A stretch of 63,926 nucleotides of DNA, filler included, from Stramenopiles sp. TOSAG23-3 (GCA_900128585.1; 13 parts of 13 records of this genome joined end to end with filler, not necessarily neighbours in it), one strand, 5' to 3'. Positions 1-12,076 are shown, counted from the first letter of the whole stretch. A program made the numbers and translations. The notes: generated by a model from the letters alone, not told the origin.

Positions 1-187
1 TTTTTCTTCCTTTTTTGCGAGTTGTTGTTGCAGTTCGTGCTGTCAATTACTATACGTATTTAAAATGAACTAAATAGAAAATCACAGAAGAAGTTTTGAT
101 TTTATAGCGAGAGATGGGTAACTGTTTAAAACTGCACTGCTACGGATAAATGAAGGTTTCAAGGATTGCAGTCCTGTGGTTCGCATA

Positions 188-3100
188 ATGCAAGTTGGGG
201 ATACCTACTCTGCCTTTTTGTTGGGGGGCGATCAGTTGCCCACTTGTAAGTTTGACTACAAGAAAACGTCGACAATTCGTACTAAGACCAGCGGTGTGTA
301 TTTGAATGAAGACGTCATTCAACCTCCCAGTCAAGGAAAAGCTATTCGACCCCCACAGCGGGATAGAGTTAGAAGATCGGAGGTGTATTTACACAAAGGC
401 AGAAAGTTAGTCGAAACAACATATAGAAACCGTTTGGCAAACTTAAGAAAGACCTTAACTCCTTCAAGGTTGAGTATGAGTTTGAAAAGTTTGAAAACGA
501 CGAAAAACGCTGGCGAGGAAACTGCTCCGGCGTTGCGCAAAGAGAAGCCGATCGTCGCAGAGTCTAATAGATCTGGAAATTCCATTACTCCACTGTTTAT
601 GGCAGATAATCAGGAGGCAGAACGGACAGTTTCTGACGACGGACCTCCAGAATACAAACAGGACTTCGAAACAAGTTATTTCTCGGATGATGTTGGGGTA
701 CAAAAGGAAGCACTATTAGAAGTACCATCTAATTTGGAAGAGATTTTGAGGCGTCGCTTGTCACCAGAGAACATCTTAGCTCAAGTTGCGAAGACAGCAG
801 GCTCCCTAAACCTGGCCCATTGCGGCTGCGGGGATATGTACTCTGGGATCTTAGTAAATTCCTTACAAAATTTACCAAGTATTACACGTCTAAATTTGAG
901 CGAAAACAGACTAACTTCGAAGTCCTTGAAGATGTCTTCTGTTGGATTGCCTTGCTGGATTGTTGATATAGAACTCGCGAACAACCGCCTAGGTTACGCC
1001 AGTATCAGATTGTGGAAACAATATTTCAAGAACACAAGAAATATAACTCGACTAAGTATCAGAAACAACCGAATAAGTGATAATCGTGGTGCAAAAATGA
1101 TATGTGCATTTGAGAGTTTGCCGCACTTGAAATACCTCAATATGTCTAAAAATGGCCTTGGCAATAAAAGTGCAGTGGCGCTGTCATCTCTTTTATCAAA
1201 ATCAGTGTGCTTGCAACATTTGTATTTGTCCTGGAACTACTTTCATGGAAGTGATTCACAAGTTCTTGCGAATGGGTTGTCTTCAAATATGACGTTAGTA
1301 TCTTTAGATTTATCTTGGAATAACTTGGGTGGATGCTTCATTGGAGAAGAGGAAGTGAATGAATTTTACTTGCTTGCTCATTCAATTGCTCGGCATAAGT
1401 CCTTAACACATCTAGACATATCCTCAAACGAACTTTCTGTGGACGAATGTAACAAACTAGGTTCTTACCTATCACAGAATAGGTCAATATACGGAATCCA
1501 CATTGACGGAAACCGTGGTGAAATTGGGCATACAGGAATAATAGAAGGAACAGAGGATATTTTATCGATCAAAAATATGGATGAGCTGGACGCGGAAAAA
1601 AGGGAATTAATGGCATTGAGGGTATTTTATAAACTGTATTTATTGTGGATGGAGAAAAATATTTCGCCCAATTTACTATTCCAGAAAATGAATGATGATG
1701 GGGGAGATGTTGATACCGAAGAATTTTTAGTTGGGTTGCGTGATGTCTGCGGCATAGATTTGTCGAGTGTCGAAAGAACAGCTGTTTTTGGTATGATAGA
1801 TGATGATGGCAGCGGAGAAATCTCTGCTTCGGAACTATCAAAAGCAATTCGAGATGCAGCAAGAATAGGAAGAACGAGAGATCTTTTTGAGGAAGAAGGG
1901 GAGAGTGACAATGATTTAGACATAACGGACCTTTCATATTGCCACGCTCCGAAGGGTAAAACGATCAAACCAAATAATAAAGACATAGACACAGAACTAA
2001 CGGAAAAGGTAAATTCGTCCTGCTGGATATGCGGGCGGTGGCAAGAAGAAAAGTTTGTGTACAAACTTAATTTTCCTACCGAAGAAACTGCAGCCCTTCC
2101 GGTGTACCTGTTGCATTCATATGACGGGTTTGAACAGCACAAAATGATTTGGGACTCTCACTCGAATCACTTCAGCCTGTACATTGTAGTTCCCCCGGGG
2201 TATATTAGATTTTATTTTATTGTAGATGGTAAGCAACGATTTTCAACGGATGAATTAAGTGTGGCTCTGACCATAAAAGGTTCCATTAGAGATAATCCTA
2301 CAGTTAGAAAACCCAACGAATCTCTGTGGGCAATCGCGAAACGTCGTGTTCTAAAAAAGAGATGTAATGTTCGTTACGTGGCTGAACGGAGAGGCCCATT
2401 AAACGTCTTGTACGGTTTTCCACGACACGATCAGACCAAGAAAACAAAGAAGAAGTCCTGGCTAATGCTTTGTAAAAAGAGGTTGTCGTTCACTTTGTCA
2501 AGCAGTAATTTAAAGATGCTATTAAAAGAGCGTCGAGAAGGGTTTGTCGAACAAGTTTTAGCTGGCATTGAGGACGTTGATGGTAACTCCATAGGTGCTT
2601 CCACAGGAATACAGTCTATCCTTATTGATAATTTTGAAAAACTGAGAAAAATTCATCAAATTTACATTATCAATTCTCGAGAGCTAGAAAGTTTAAAACT
2701 GCACTTTGAAAACATTTTGAAACTTGTGGAAGACTTTTCTCTCAAGGATGCACTTTTCCGAGAAGAAAATAGTGTGTTTTCAGAACTGTCGTGGACAAGG
2801 TACAAAGCGTTTTTGCTTCGTATGCAAAATGATCCGAAGACCGACTACGGCATGTCTATGCAAACGACTTTCCAATTTCTTTTGGGCTTTGGAAAATGCG
2901 GCGCAGATATAGTGCAAATACTGCAGTTTCTCTTCAATCATAATTTGACTGTTATAGTAGAGGAAAATTATTGTCCCGAATGTTTTCGAGAAAAAATGTT
3001 TTATCGGGAAGAATATCAAAAATCACTGCATCCTTTACTTTATCGAATTCGGAAAGTTTTTAAAAAGAATTCACTTTTGGAACGAAACGACGTTTCCGAA

Positions 3101-3550
3101 AAGGAAATTCCCCCTTTAATATTGCCTATGTCTACTTTCTTAAATATGTTTTGTACTGAATCGTTCGATGAGTGCGATGGTTTAACAAAGTTGTCCATAC
3201 GAGCTTCCTTCTTAGGTAGTATTGATGAACTGGATACCACGATGGTTTGTAGAGAATGCCTATACTACGACGAATTTGTCGAAGCCATTTGCCGCGTGGC
3301 CTATCAGCTGGTGAGAATCTTCTCCCAGTACTACAACGACGAAATCAATACAAATCCTGCGAATAATGTATACTGGCCCATAAAGCATAGCAGTTTGTCC
3401 ACAGAAACAGAAATTTTACCAGGGAGTAAATGTAGCTTGCTTTTCCCTGCTACAACTAAAAAAGTAGATGGTAATATATCAAAACCTCAGAATTTTAGTC
3501 TGCACATAGATGCAGTAAAATTTATTGTCGATGAGCTGGAAAATGAGTAA
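188..3550 (+). CDS. LRR (RNI-like) protein with EF-hand pair and AMPK1-CBM-like domain
   Basis: 1120-aa ORF from first ATG at 188. LxxLxLSxNxL repeats (LKYLNMSKNGL, LQHLYLSWNYF, LVSLDLSWNNL); EF-hand loops DDDGSGEISASE and NDDGGDVDTEE; CWIC...VVPPGYIRFYFIVDG resembles a CBM48/AMPK-type sandwich. Confidence 0.8.
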   Translation: MQVGDTYSAFLLGGDQLPTCKFDYKKTSTIRTKTSGVYLNEDVIQPPSQGKAIRPPQRDRVRRSEVYLHKGRKLVETTYRNRLANLRKTLTPSRLSMSLKSLKTTKNAGEETAPALRKEKPIVAESNRSGNSITPLFMADNQEAERTVSDDGPPEYKQDFETSYFSDDVGVQKEALLEVPSNLEEILRRRLSPENILAQVAKTAGSLNLAHCGCGDMYSGILVNSLQNLPSITRLNLSENRLTSKSLKMSSVGLPCWIVDIELANNRLGYASIRLWKQYFKNTRNITRLSIRNNRISDNRGAKMICAFESLPHLKYLNMSKNGLGNKSAVALSSLLSKSVCLQHLYLSWNYFHGSDSQVLANGLSSNMTLVSLDLSWNNLGGCFIGEEEVNEFYLLAHSIARHKSLTHLDISSNELSVDECNKLGSYLSQNRSIYGIHIDGNRGEIGHTGIIEGTEDILSIKNMDELDAEKRELMALRVFYKLYLLWMEKNISPNLLFQKMNDDGGDVDTEEFLVGLRDVCGIDLSSVERTAVFGMIDDDGSGEISASELSKAIRDAARIGRTRDLFEEEGESDNDLDITDLSYCHAPKGKTIKPNNKDIDTELTEKVNSSCWICGRWQEEKFVYKLNFPTEETAALPVYLLHSYDGFEQHKMIWDSHSNHFSLYIVVPPGYIRFYFIVDGKQRFSTDELSVALTIKGSIRDNPTVRKPNESLWAIAKRRVLKKRCNVRYVAERRGPLNVLYGFPRHDQTKKTKKKSWLMLCKKRLSFTLSSSNLKMLLKERREGFVEQVLAGIEDVDGNSIGASTGIQSILIDNFEKLRKIHQIYIINSRELESLKLHFENILKLVEDFSLKDALFREENSVFSELSWTRYKAFLLRMQNDPKTDYGMSMQTTFQFLLGFGKCGADIVQILQFLFNHNLTVIVEENYCPECFREKMFYREEYQKSLHPLLYRIRKVFKKNSLLERNDVSEKEIPPLILPMSTFLNMFCTESFDECDGLTKLSIRASFLGSIDELDTTMVCRECLYYDEFVEAICRVAYQLVRIFSQYYNDEINTNPANNVYWPIKHSSLSTETEILPGSKCSLLFPATTKKVDGNISKPQNFSLHIDAVKFIVDELENE

Positions 3551-4291
3551 CAAAATTACGAACAGATTAATGGAAAATTTAAAACACAATTAAAAAATAT
3601 TCTATATAAAGCTTTAAGTTTTTACGAAGTACAAAGAAGTTACAAAAATTGAATTTTTTGTTTTGTAGCTTCACATTGTTGTGTATATTTAACAATTTTA
3701 GATTTCGAAGAATCAATGACTGATATTAAAGTGAGAATTTTAAAGCATACTTTGTTTTTTTTTTAATTATAGTCTTCTAGTAAACTTGAGTGGTTTAACA
3801 TCATCAAATTGAAATATTTACTTTAATAAAACAAAACAATTGGCTGCTATTATAAAAAAACAAAATATATAGTATGTTTTAAGACTCTCATTTTAAATCC
3901 AATACTGGCTGCTATTATAATAAGTAGATTTAAAAAAACAAGAAAATTGGCTGTTATTTAAGTAATTAAAATTAATGTACTGCGAACTGAAATCTAGATT
4001 TAGACATTCAAGGTTTACATTCCTTCATGAACTGCGAATTTATCTTTGCTCTTTTATGAATAATTAAAATTTATCTTCAACACATGTATAACATTTTTTG
4101 CTCTCTTCTAATATTTAGTAGATAAACTAAATTAGGTTTTTTTTTGTAGTTTTACATTTGTTTGCATCTGAGTCCTTCTTTGATATTCCTAAAAACTTAC
4201 GTAAAGCTTAAAAAAAACGTAAAACAGCCAGTTTTTTTTTAGGTTCATCTTACGTTCGTCGTACGTAAATTAAAACTTATCTTTCGCTGTC

Positions 4292-5992
4292 TTATAGCAG
4301 TGTTGTTACCTTTGCTTTTCGGTTTGGTCTGGGACTGAACGATCCCTTTTTACCATAAGTATTTTTTGAAACACGTTTGCCTTCGAAGGCTTTCATATCT
4401 GTGCCTTTTCTGAAGGTAATTAAATTTCTCTTCAAAATTGGCTCGGCCCATTTCGCTTCAGTTGTTGCTTCATTTCCAACTTCAGAACTCTTCTTCTTAG
4501 GGATAAGAGACTGGCTTGTTTTCGGATTTTTTATGATAATTCTTGCACTGGATGGCCTTGTCTTTGGTAACACGTTTTCTTTCGTGGGATGCACGTTGGA
4601 CTTTTGGGCCTTTTCCCCCATGACAGATATTTTGGAGATATTTTTCCTTCGTTTTGTCACTCTACTTGATTTCGGTCTTGTTTTTACACGGGAATCAAAA
4701 TGTGGTTTATTAAACTTGTGAATATTCGACGCTCTTACGTAATTCTTTGGGCGTGCTATAGTGGAAAAATTAATTGGGTGAAACGATAGTGTAACCGCTT
4801 CCCACGCCGCATCGGGCAAATCGTTCGCACTTTCAGCCTCCGTCAGTTTGTTAGATAATATCTTGTGGCGAGCAATCTCCCTATCCCAAGGTGACTTTTT
4901 GGGCTTACGCTCAGATTTTGGTGTATTCTTTGCCTTCGTGTATTCCATCCCAGATATATTTTTTACTAATTCTACAGCAGCATCACAAGCGTTTCTCCAG
5001 TGCAATTTGCTTCTGGTGGTCTGTATATCCTTACGCCTTTTCCAGGCGAACTTTCTTTCTTTCCAGTGTTTCATTACTAGTGTTTTGCACTTATTCATAG
5101 AGTCTTTTTGAATTTCAAAGAATACATTTTTGCAGAGCATTTTCCAAAACGACAAGATCAAATACTGTGAAGAAAAGTACTGCCATTTGGACGACGCAAA
5201 ATGTTGATCTTTTGTTGCAGCAGCACGCAACAGATTAGAAATCATTTTTCGCATTTGACTAGGATCAGCTGTTTTCGAAGGAGAAAGACACTGCTGACCT
5301 TGTAATGTCCACGGGTTTGCATCTTCGTTTGTCAAGAATGTCCACCCACCACGTTGATTGCCCTCCTCGTTAGCTACTTTAAAATTGTCGACGGATCCAA
5401 GATACGCTTGTGTGCCAACAGTTCTCTCATTCTTTTGGTCTGTTTGGCATCCTGATTCGACAGGGACACTTCCAATTTTCTGCGTTTGCACGGAAGTGCT
5501 TATTGTTTCTGGCGTCGAAGTAACAAAGTACTTAGGAACTGATTCGTGCATTTCTGTGGGCTCGTTCATTGAAGAGCGTGCCTTCCTTAGCTCGCTTTCA
5601 AGGGTTTCCATTCTTTTCAACAATCGGGGGATAATTTCTGCTGCCCGCAAAAATGGTTGTGAGGCCCCATTAATTCTTGCTGCAACATGTTGTCTGACAA
5701 TATTGAACAAACGCATATGGTCTTCGGGAACAAATTCCCCAAGTGATTTTTCGAAACCGTTGATAGTCGCTTCGCCTATTTTCAAAAAGATTGCAGGGTC
5801 CAATTCGTCTATTTCTTCATCTAAAATGACATTATAACAGGAAAAAAAATTCATTTTGGTACATTCCAAAGTGTCTTGTGATGAAATGTCGGGCGACTGC
5901 TCTTCTATTGGGTTGGCAACAGCCGCTATTATCAGGGATTCTGTTGATGTTGCTGCATTAACTGTGGCATGCACTGTTTCCTTTGATATCTC
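4292..5992 (-). CDS. Hypothetical coiled-coil/basic protein, 5' partial
   Basis: Frame of >560 codons is open to the contig end; coding-like composition; no recognisable family. Confidence 0.65.
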   Translation of the reverse strand, partial: EISKETVHATVNAATSTESLIIAAVANPIEEQSPDISSQDTLECTKMNFFSCYNVILDEEIDELDPAIFLKIGEATINGFEKSLGEFVPEDHMRLFNIVRQHVAARINGASQPFLRAAEIIPRLLKRMETLESELRKARSSMNEPTEMHESVPKYFVTSTPETISTSVQTQKIGSVPVESGCQTDQKNERTVGTQAYLGSVDNFKVANEEGNQRGGWTFLTNEDANPWTLQGQQCLSPSKTADPSQMRKMISNLLRAAATKDQHFASSKWQYFSSQYLILSFWKMLCKNVFFEIQKDSMNKCKTLVMKHWKERKFAWKRRKDIQTTRSKLHWRNACDAAVELVKNISGMEYTKAKNTPKSERKPKKSPWDREIARHKILSNKLTEAESANDLPDAAWEAVTLSFHPINFSTIARPKNYVRASNIHKFNKPHFDSRVKTRPKSSRVTKRRKNISKISVMGEKAQKSNVHPTKENVLPKTRPSSARIIIKNPKTSQSLIPKKKSSEVGNEATTEAKWAEPILKRNLITFRKGTDMKAFEGKRVSKNTYGKKGSFSPRPNRKAKVTTLL

Positions 5993-5993
5993 G

Positions 5994-6093
5994 NNNNNNN
6001 NNNNNNNNNNNNNNNNNNNNNNNNNNNNNNNNNNNNNTTAATTAATTAANNNNNNNNNNNNNNNNNNNNNNNNNNNNNNNNNNNNNNNNNNNN
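5994..6093. other. Artificial contig-joining linker N44-TTAATTAATTAA-N44 (first of 12)
   Basis: Identical 100-nt linkers with stops in all six frames at 5994, 12077, 18159, 24238, 30314, 36388, 42447, 48504, 54553, 60598, 61708 and 62818. Contig lengths never increase along the window (5993 down to 5945, then 1010, 1010, 1009). Confidence 0.98.
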
Positions 6094-6095
6094 AC

Positions 6096-9000
6096 GAAAT
6101 TTATAGTTTTTCTTTCACTCTGGACGAAGATGGAACGCTGCAAGGGCAAGGCTATGATTTCGGGACCGCTTACGGGAATTTGACGGTCTCCCAACAGCTA
6201 CATATTCAAGGCGGTCAAATTAACTTGACAGGGAGTAAAACAAAAACTATTGTAGAGTTACGTTCAAATGAAAGAGAAAGTATTGCCTTTCAGACTGCGT
6301 CAGGGAAAAAATTGTTATCCTTGAATACTTTGGACGGGGTGGATACAGTAAACGTCAACTCTGGTTTGACCGTTTCTACCGAAAATTCGGCAGAAACTGT
6401 GATTGCAGTAAACGCTACTGCCCCAACCGCGGATATCTTCGTCGTCAACAAAGACGGCTCTCCTGCTTTAAAAGTTGATAAAAACGGTGTTGTCCACATA
6501 TCTGAGCAGGGCATCCAGCAGCGTGCTTTTTTAATAACACCGACTAATGTTGGTGCTCAAATACCACACAGCACGAGCTTAGTTCAAGTGTTGTCTGGGC
6601 AAGGGAACATAAGTTCTTCTTCGTTCGGGATCAGATTGCCCCTAGTATCGCCCGGGCTTTACATCAAGATTGTAAACACTGACAAGCAGGTCTTCAACCT
6701 GTTCGCTTACAACTCAAACAACGTTTTAAACGGCGGAGGAAACACAAAAGGCGTACTTGAGTCGGACCTTGTCGTTGAATGCCTTGGCATCAGCGTAACA
6801 GATTGGGTATGTAGAACGCAAGATATTACTGGCGCTGGGGCAATGACACGGGCAGGGTCTAAACTTACCGCGCGGATGGCGAACTATTGTTTTCGGCGCG
6901 GACCAAGCGAATGCTTGCTTCTTCATCGCAGTTTTCCTTTGTTTTTGATGGGGTCAATGAGACTGCTGCGGACTTTCGCGCAGGAGATTCAAGCACAATG
7001 TCGTTTCTAAAGATGGATTCCTTTACGAAGCGTCTTGTCGTCGGTCCAGGCAATCAAATTAACAAGACGACATTTCAGACTAAAACTTTAGATTTTTCTC
7101 CCCAAGAAACAAATTTTCTCTTACGTAATGATAAATTTTTTGCGCTAGAAATCACTAACGGTGACAGAGAAAATTCTTCGTTCGTACGTATTGACACAAA
7201 AAACAACGAGCTACTATTAGGAGAAGGATCAGCTGTGTCCAAAACGAAATTTATGTCTAATATACTCGACGTAAGCAGCCAAAATACAGAAATCAACATC
7301 GGAGCAAATTCATCTCGTAGCCTTGACTTTGTGAGTGGCTCTAGTGCTACCTCTTCGTACTTGCGTATGGGTATTGATACCATTTCTTTAGGTCTTGGAT
7401 CAGGGATAGAAAAAACAATTATTGGCACCTCAAACGTTAATATGAAAAATGTATCTTCACTCGAAGTCTCTAACTTCAAAATTACTGGGTCTGATCCCGA
7501 AGCGACTTCGTACTTTGAAGTGAACGAAGACACAGAATCTATCACTTTGGCCAAAGGGTCCAACGTTCGCCAGTTGTTCATGAACTCTCGTGACGTCATC
7601 TTTGATAAACAGGCAACTCAATTTATGGTTAGCGCAAATGAAAGCCATGCTTTGGAAATCTTGCAGGGAGTCGATGCTGACATGGGCTCATTCATACGGA
7701 TTGATACTGGTATTAAACCAAGCGTAATTCTGGGCGAGGGTACAAATGTATTGGAAACTAGAATTGAGACGAAGCTGGTCTTAAATGGAGAAAGTATCGA
7801 ATCAAAGAAGGCTATTAATCTTGAATCAGACCATGCGAAAGGTGTTCGAGTAGAAAACGTCTCTTTTATTGATGGCAAAATAGTAGAGCCTAAAATCAAG
7901 GATAGCCTAACTGTGAAAAAAACTGGCGAAGCGAACAAAAACGATAACATCTTATCAGTTGGGGGTATCGAAGAAGAATACTTTACAATTCGAGGAAATG
8001 GAGACATAAAGGCAAACACTTTCGTTGACGGGATGAAAGTTTCTGCTGATGGAAGTACAGCTGCTCTTAGTGTTCAAGTGGAGAATTTAACAACGGGCAG
8101 TGGTTTGCAAGTGATTGGAAACACAAAACTCTCCGAAGGAAAGTTAGTGGATCTCCAAACTAGCTCCATGTATGCTCAAAACCCGATGTCATTGCAAGCC
8201 AGCAAAATGATGGGAGGCAAGGCATTCCGTATCTTGACGCCATCGCTGACGTCTGGCAGTGCCCTTCAGGTGTCATCTATGGACGGAAATAACTTAAAAA
8301 AGGCGTTAAGCCCTGTTCCTGTCAGAGTGTGGAAGGATGGGACAGTAACTGTTGTACCAGATCTCAAACCCCGTTTGACACATGGAGAGTACGTTACGTT
8401 GTCTAATTGTACGGTGGCATCAAACCTTCGGGAATTGGTGCTCTCCGTTGTTCAAAATGTCTCCAAGAAGTCCACATGCACAGAAATGATACATTTATCG
8501 TCTTACGCCGTGCAGGACTATATATCGGCGGACAGTTTGGTTCTTCATCTCAGCGAAAAGGATACGTTTACTGAAAACGAAAACGTATCCTTGTTGGGCT
8601 GTGAGATAGCAGGAAACAACGGGCAGTACAGAATCAAGAACATATCCAACACGACCCTCGTTTCGACATGCATGACAAATCCAATTGCTAGTCATTCCTC
8701 GTTGGACCTGTTACAAGATTATAAACTTGTGGTCGAAAGTTCTTTTCGAGATTTATTCTCAACAAACGACATAGTCAATCTGGAAAATTGTAGCAAAGCC
8801 TGGAACAATAAAAAATACGTCGTGATTAATCACACCGCTCCTGTTTATAAAGCATACGACTGTTTAAAAAGCGTTTCAGTAATGTCGAAGGTCCTGGTTG
8901 ATGAAGTGGCAGCGTCACTGTCGGATGGGACCTTGTACGTTCAAGCGAATGTGAAGGCCCAGTTTCAACCAACGGATAAAGTAGGGCTGTCTGGTTGCTC

Positions 9001-12000
9001 AAATAGCTCGCTTAATAGTGACAAAGCAGGTCCATATAAAATATTGTCTGCTGGTGATAATGCTTTTCGAGTACACCAGTGCATTGATTCCTACTGTCGG
9101 AATGGAATATGTAACATGTCGATGGATTGCGCCGCCTGTCAATTAGCGCAAGGAACATCTGTTCCAGAAAATTGCACGTCGGGGAGGGAGCCATACAACA
9201 TATCGTACTCATCAGTATGTCAGAACTCCAGCAGGACCTTTTGTCAGGCATTTTCTTACCTTAAACTAGGTACTACGCAAGGGGAATCTCTGGGAAATCA
9301 TGAGATCTCAATTAATTCGACGTGTACAATATCTCCATTTGTTGACGAGGTTCAACTTAACAATTGTACGAACAATACCATGTGCAGCTCTGTATCCGAC
9401 TGCCCAACTAACTTCAGTGTAAGCTACAAAACAAGTGCATGTAAAAATACAACCACTTCGTTTTGTGAAGAATTTTGGGGCATTGATCTTGTTGACATAT
9501 CTGGGGAAACTTTGGATGGATGGAACTCATCAGAATCAAGTTGTCGGATTGAGCGTCCTCACATCGAAAAACATTGTTCAATATCAGATTCAAGCGGCAA
9601 CTGCTTAACAAATGGCATATCGAGCTGTGGCAACTTCAATCACAAGTACGCGAAATCTTGTTCTAGCTCTCCAACAACGTTCTGTCATACGTATGGAGAA
9701 ATTTTAATTGAAGGTTTATTGGGGCAAAGCGTAACTCTACCAAATATTTCGGATAGTCAATGCAAGATTAGAACAGACCGAAAAAAGAGGGTAGAAAAAT
9801 ACTGTGACTATCCAGATATTTGCAGCAAAGATGATTGTGAAAACGGGACCTGGATCCACGAGTTTGTCGAGCCCAGTCGGTGCGTGTCTAATTTGACAGT
9901 GTTCTGTGAGCCATATGGTGAGCTAAAATTGCAAGATCCGTACTCACCTGACCCTGTTGAGCTTCATGATGATTCTACATGTGTTGCATCTCACAAAGGT
10001 GGGGTTTTTGTAGATGTAAGTGCCAGCCGTCAGCGCTCTGGGACAATTTTAGGCCTATACGCAGATTCGCTAGAAGATGGAAATGCACTGTTGATAAGTA
10101 ATAATGGCGCTAATTTGACGACAGGATCATTGCTTGTGTTAGAAAGTGGGGCCACGTCCCCAACAAACGGTTTGTTGCGTTTACGTGGTAAAGCTGTGTC
10201 TATTGTAGGCGGGCACTCAGGCACGGATACCACAGGGTCATTGTTGCATGTTGCCTCATCTGCACCAAATGGCAAAGCAGTAGAAATTATTGGGTCGTCT
10301 AACTTAGGAGTAGGCAAACTTTTAGACATTTCAACGTCGTCAAAATCAGCGAATAGCGCCATATCATTGACAGCAAATGAAATGGTGAGCGGAAGTCTGG
10401 TTTCAATAGATACACAAAAGCTAGAAAACGGGACAGCGCTTTCCGTATCTGGGGGTAACGGCGATCCTATGCACGAGGGGTCTTTGGTCCATGTAACGTC
10501 GGATACAATTTCTGCAGATGTGGGTATGATGAGACTATCTGCTCATAATATAAAAGAAGGAAAAATATTAGCGGTAGAAGCCGGTAGTTTAGTAGACGGA
10601 AAGGCAGTTTCCATTACTGGTGGAAGTACAAAAATGAAATCTGGGTCTTTGTTACACGTTTCTATAGGAGACGCCGCACTACGTTCAGGGAAATTACTAG
10701 ATATTTCATCCTCCTCCTCGGTGGCTCATAATCTGGTATCTGTGAAAGCCAACAATGCAAATGTTGGTAAGATTGCTAAGATTTCGGCGCACAGTTTGAC
10801 AACTGGGTCTGCTCTTGAAATTTCGTCTCATTCAGGATCAAGCATGATGCCGCCTATAACAGAAAAGGATGTTGACGTTGTAAATGCAAATGGGACCATA
10901 TTCGTCCACCAAAACGTCCGTGATCTTTTTGTAAGTGGTGAAACTGTTCAATTATCTTCCTGCTTAAACACTGGGAACAACGGGGAATATATTATTGACG
11001 ATATAGTAAAAGCAACGAAACTATATAATTGCACTCAGGTGATTACATTAGGAAAGTATTCGGTTACTACCACCATATCTGAGAAGAGGTTTGTTGTTTC
11101 GAAAGAGGTTCATGACTTGTATGATACAGGTGATAATGGAACTGTATCAGGCTGCTCCGCGTCCAACAATGGACTGTACACTGTCAGCACAAGAGGCAAA
11201 ATATACAAGTCCTTTAAATGCATGAAAAATGTTACGATGGAAACTACGGATAAAAAGAGCGTTTCAGCTTCTACGGTCAACGGTACCCTGTATGTATCGA
11301 ATGATATTCGGAACCACTTTCAATTGTATGATAACGTTAATTTATCTAGTTGCGGGGCATCTGCTGACAATTCCACATACACGATTGTACGTATTGGGTC
11401 TATTTACCAAGTGTTCACTTGCAAAAATTCTAGTTGCCAAAATGGAACCTGTAGCAAATTGATGAAATGCGGGTTTTCTGGGGAGGAGGCTCATAACGTT
11501 TCCTATTCCCCGGTTTGCCAGAATAGTACTGTTACATACTGTAACCCATTTTCTTTCATAAAAGTCCAAGACTGCACTGAAGGGGCATGCAAAAACATTT
11601 TAAATATAGCGAACTCTGAAACTTCTACATGCAGGATTGCGAAGGTCGATAATGTAGTGCAAAGTAACAACTGTGTGAATAATACAAATTGCTCAGGTGT
11701 TCACGATTGCCCAAGCACGTTTGTAACTGCTTACAAAGATCAATGCCAAATGAATAGCAACACGTTCTGCGAATTGAACTATTTTATCAAAATGCAGGAA
11801 TGGAACAATCAATTAGAAGAGGGAGATACCTCATGCAACATATCAAAAACTGTGCATGCGCCCCAAACATGCGATGGCAACGTATTCTGCCAATCACCCC
11901 AAAACTGCAGTAACGGGGAAATGTTAATATCGTACCCAACTAATTGCCTCAACAGCTCGTCAACTTTCTGTGAAGATTCCAGTTACATAACGCTGGGATC

Positions 12001-12076
12001 TTCAATCAGTGCCCTACCCGTAACTTTTTCACCCGAACAAAATAGTTCTTGCAAAATTTTCACAACTGGCGGTAAG
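6096..12076 (+). CDS. Giant repetitive, probably extracellular protein (beta-rich repeats plus Cys-rich nested modules), partial at both ends, frame change near 6880
   Basis: ORFs 6180-7010 and 6887-12076 overlap and share sequence style, and both are open to the contig ends. They join either by a 1-nt indel near 6880 or by a phase-0 GTATGT...CGCAG intron at 6807-6931. Many NxS/T sequons. Confidence 0.8.

Noticed and set aside
6038-6049. Regularly spaced TTAATTAATTAA palindromes as a biological periodic element
   Set aside because: Always embedded in N44 runs; a six-frame stop linker joining size-sorted contigs.
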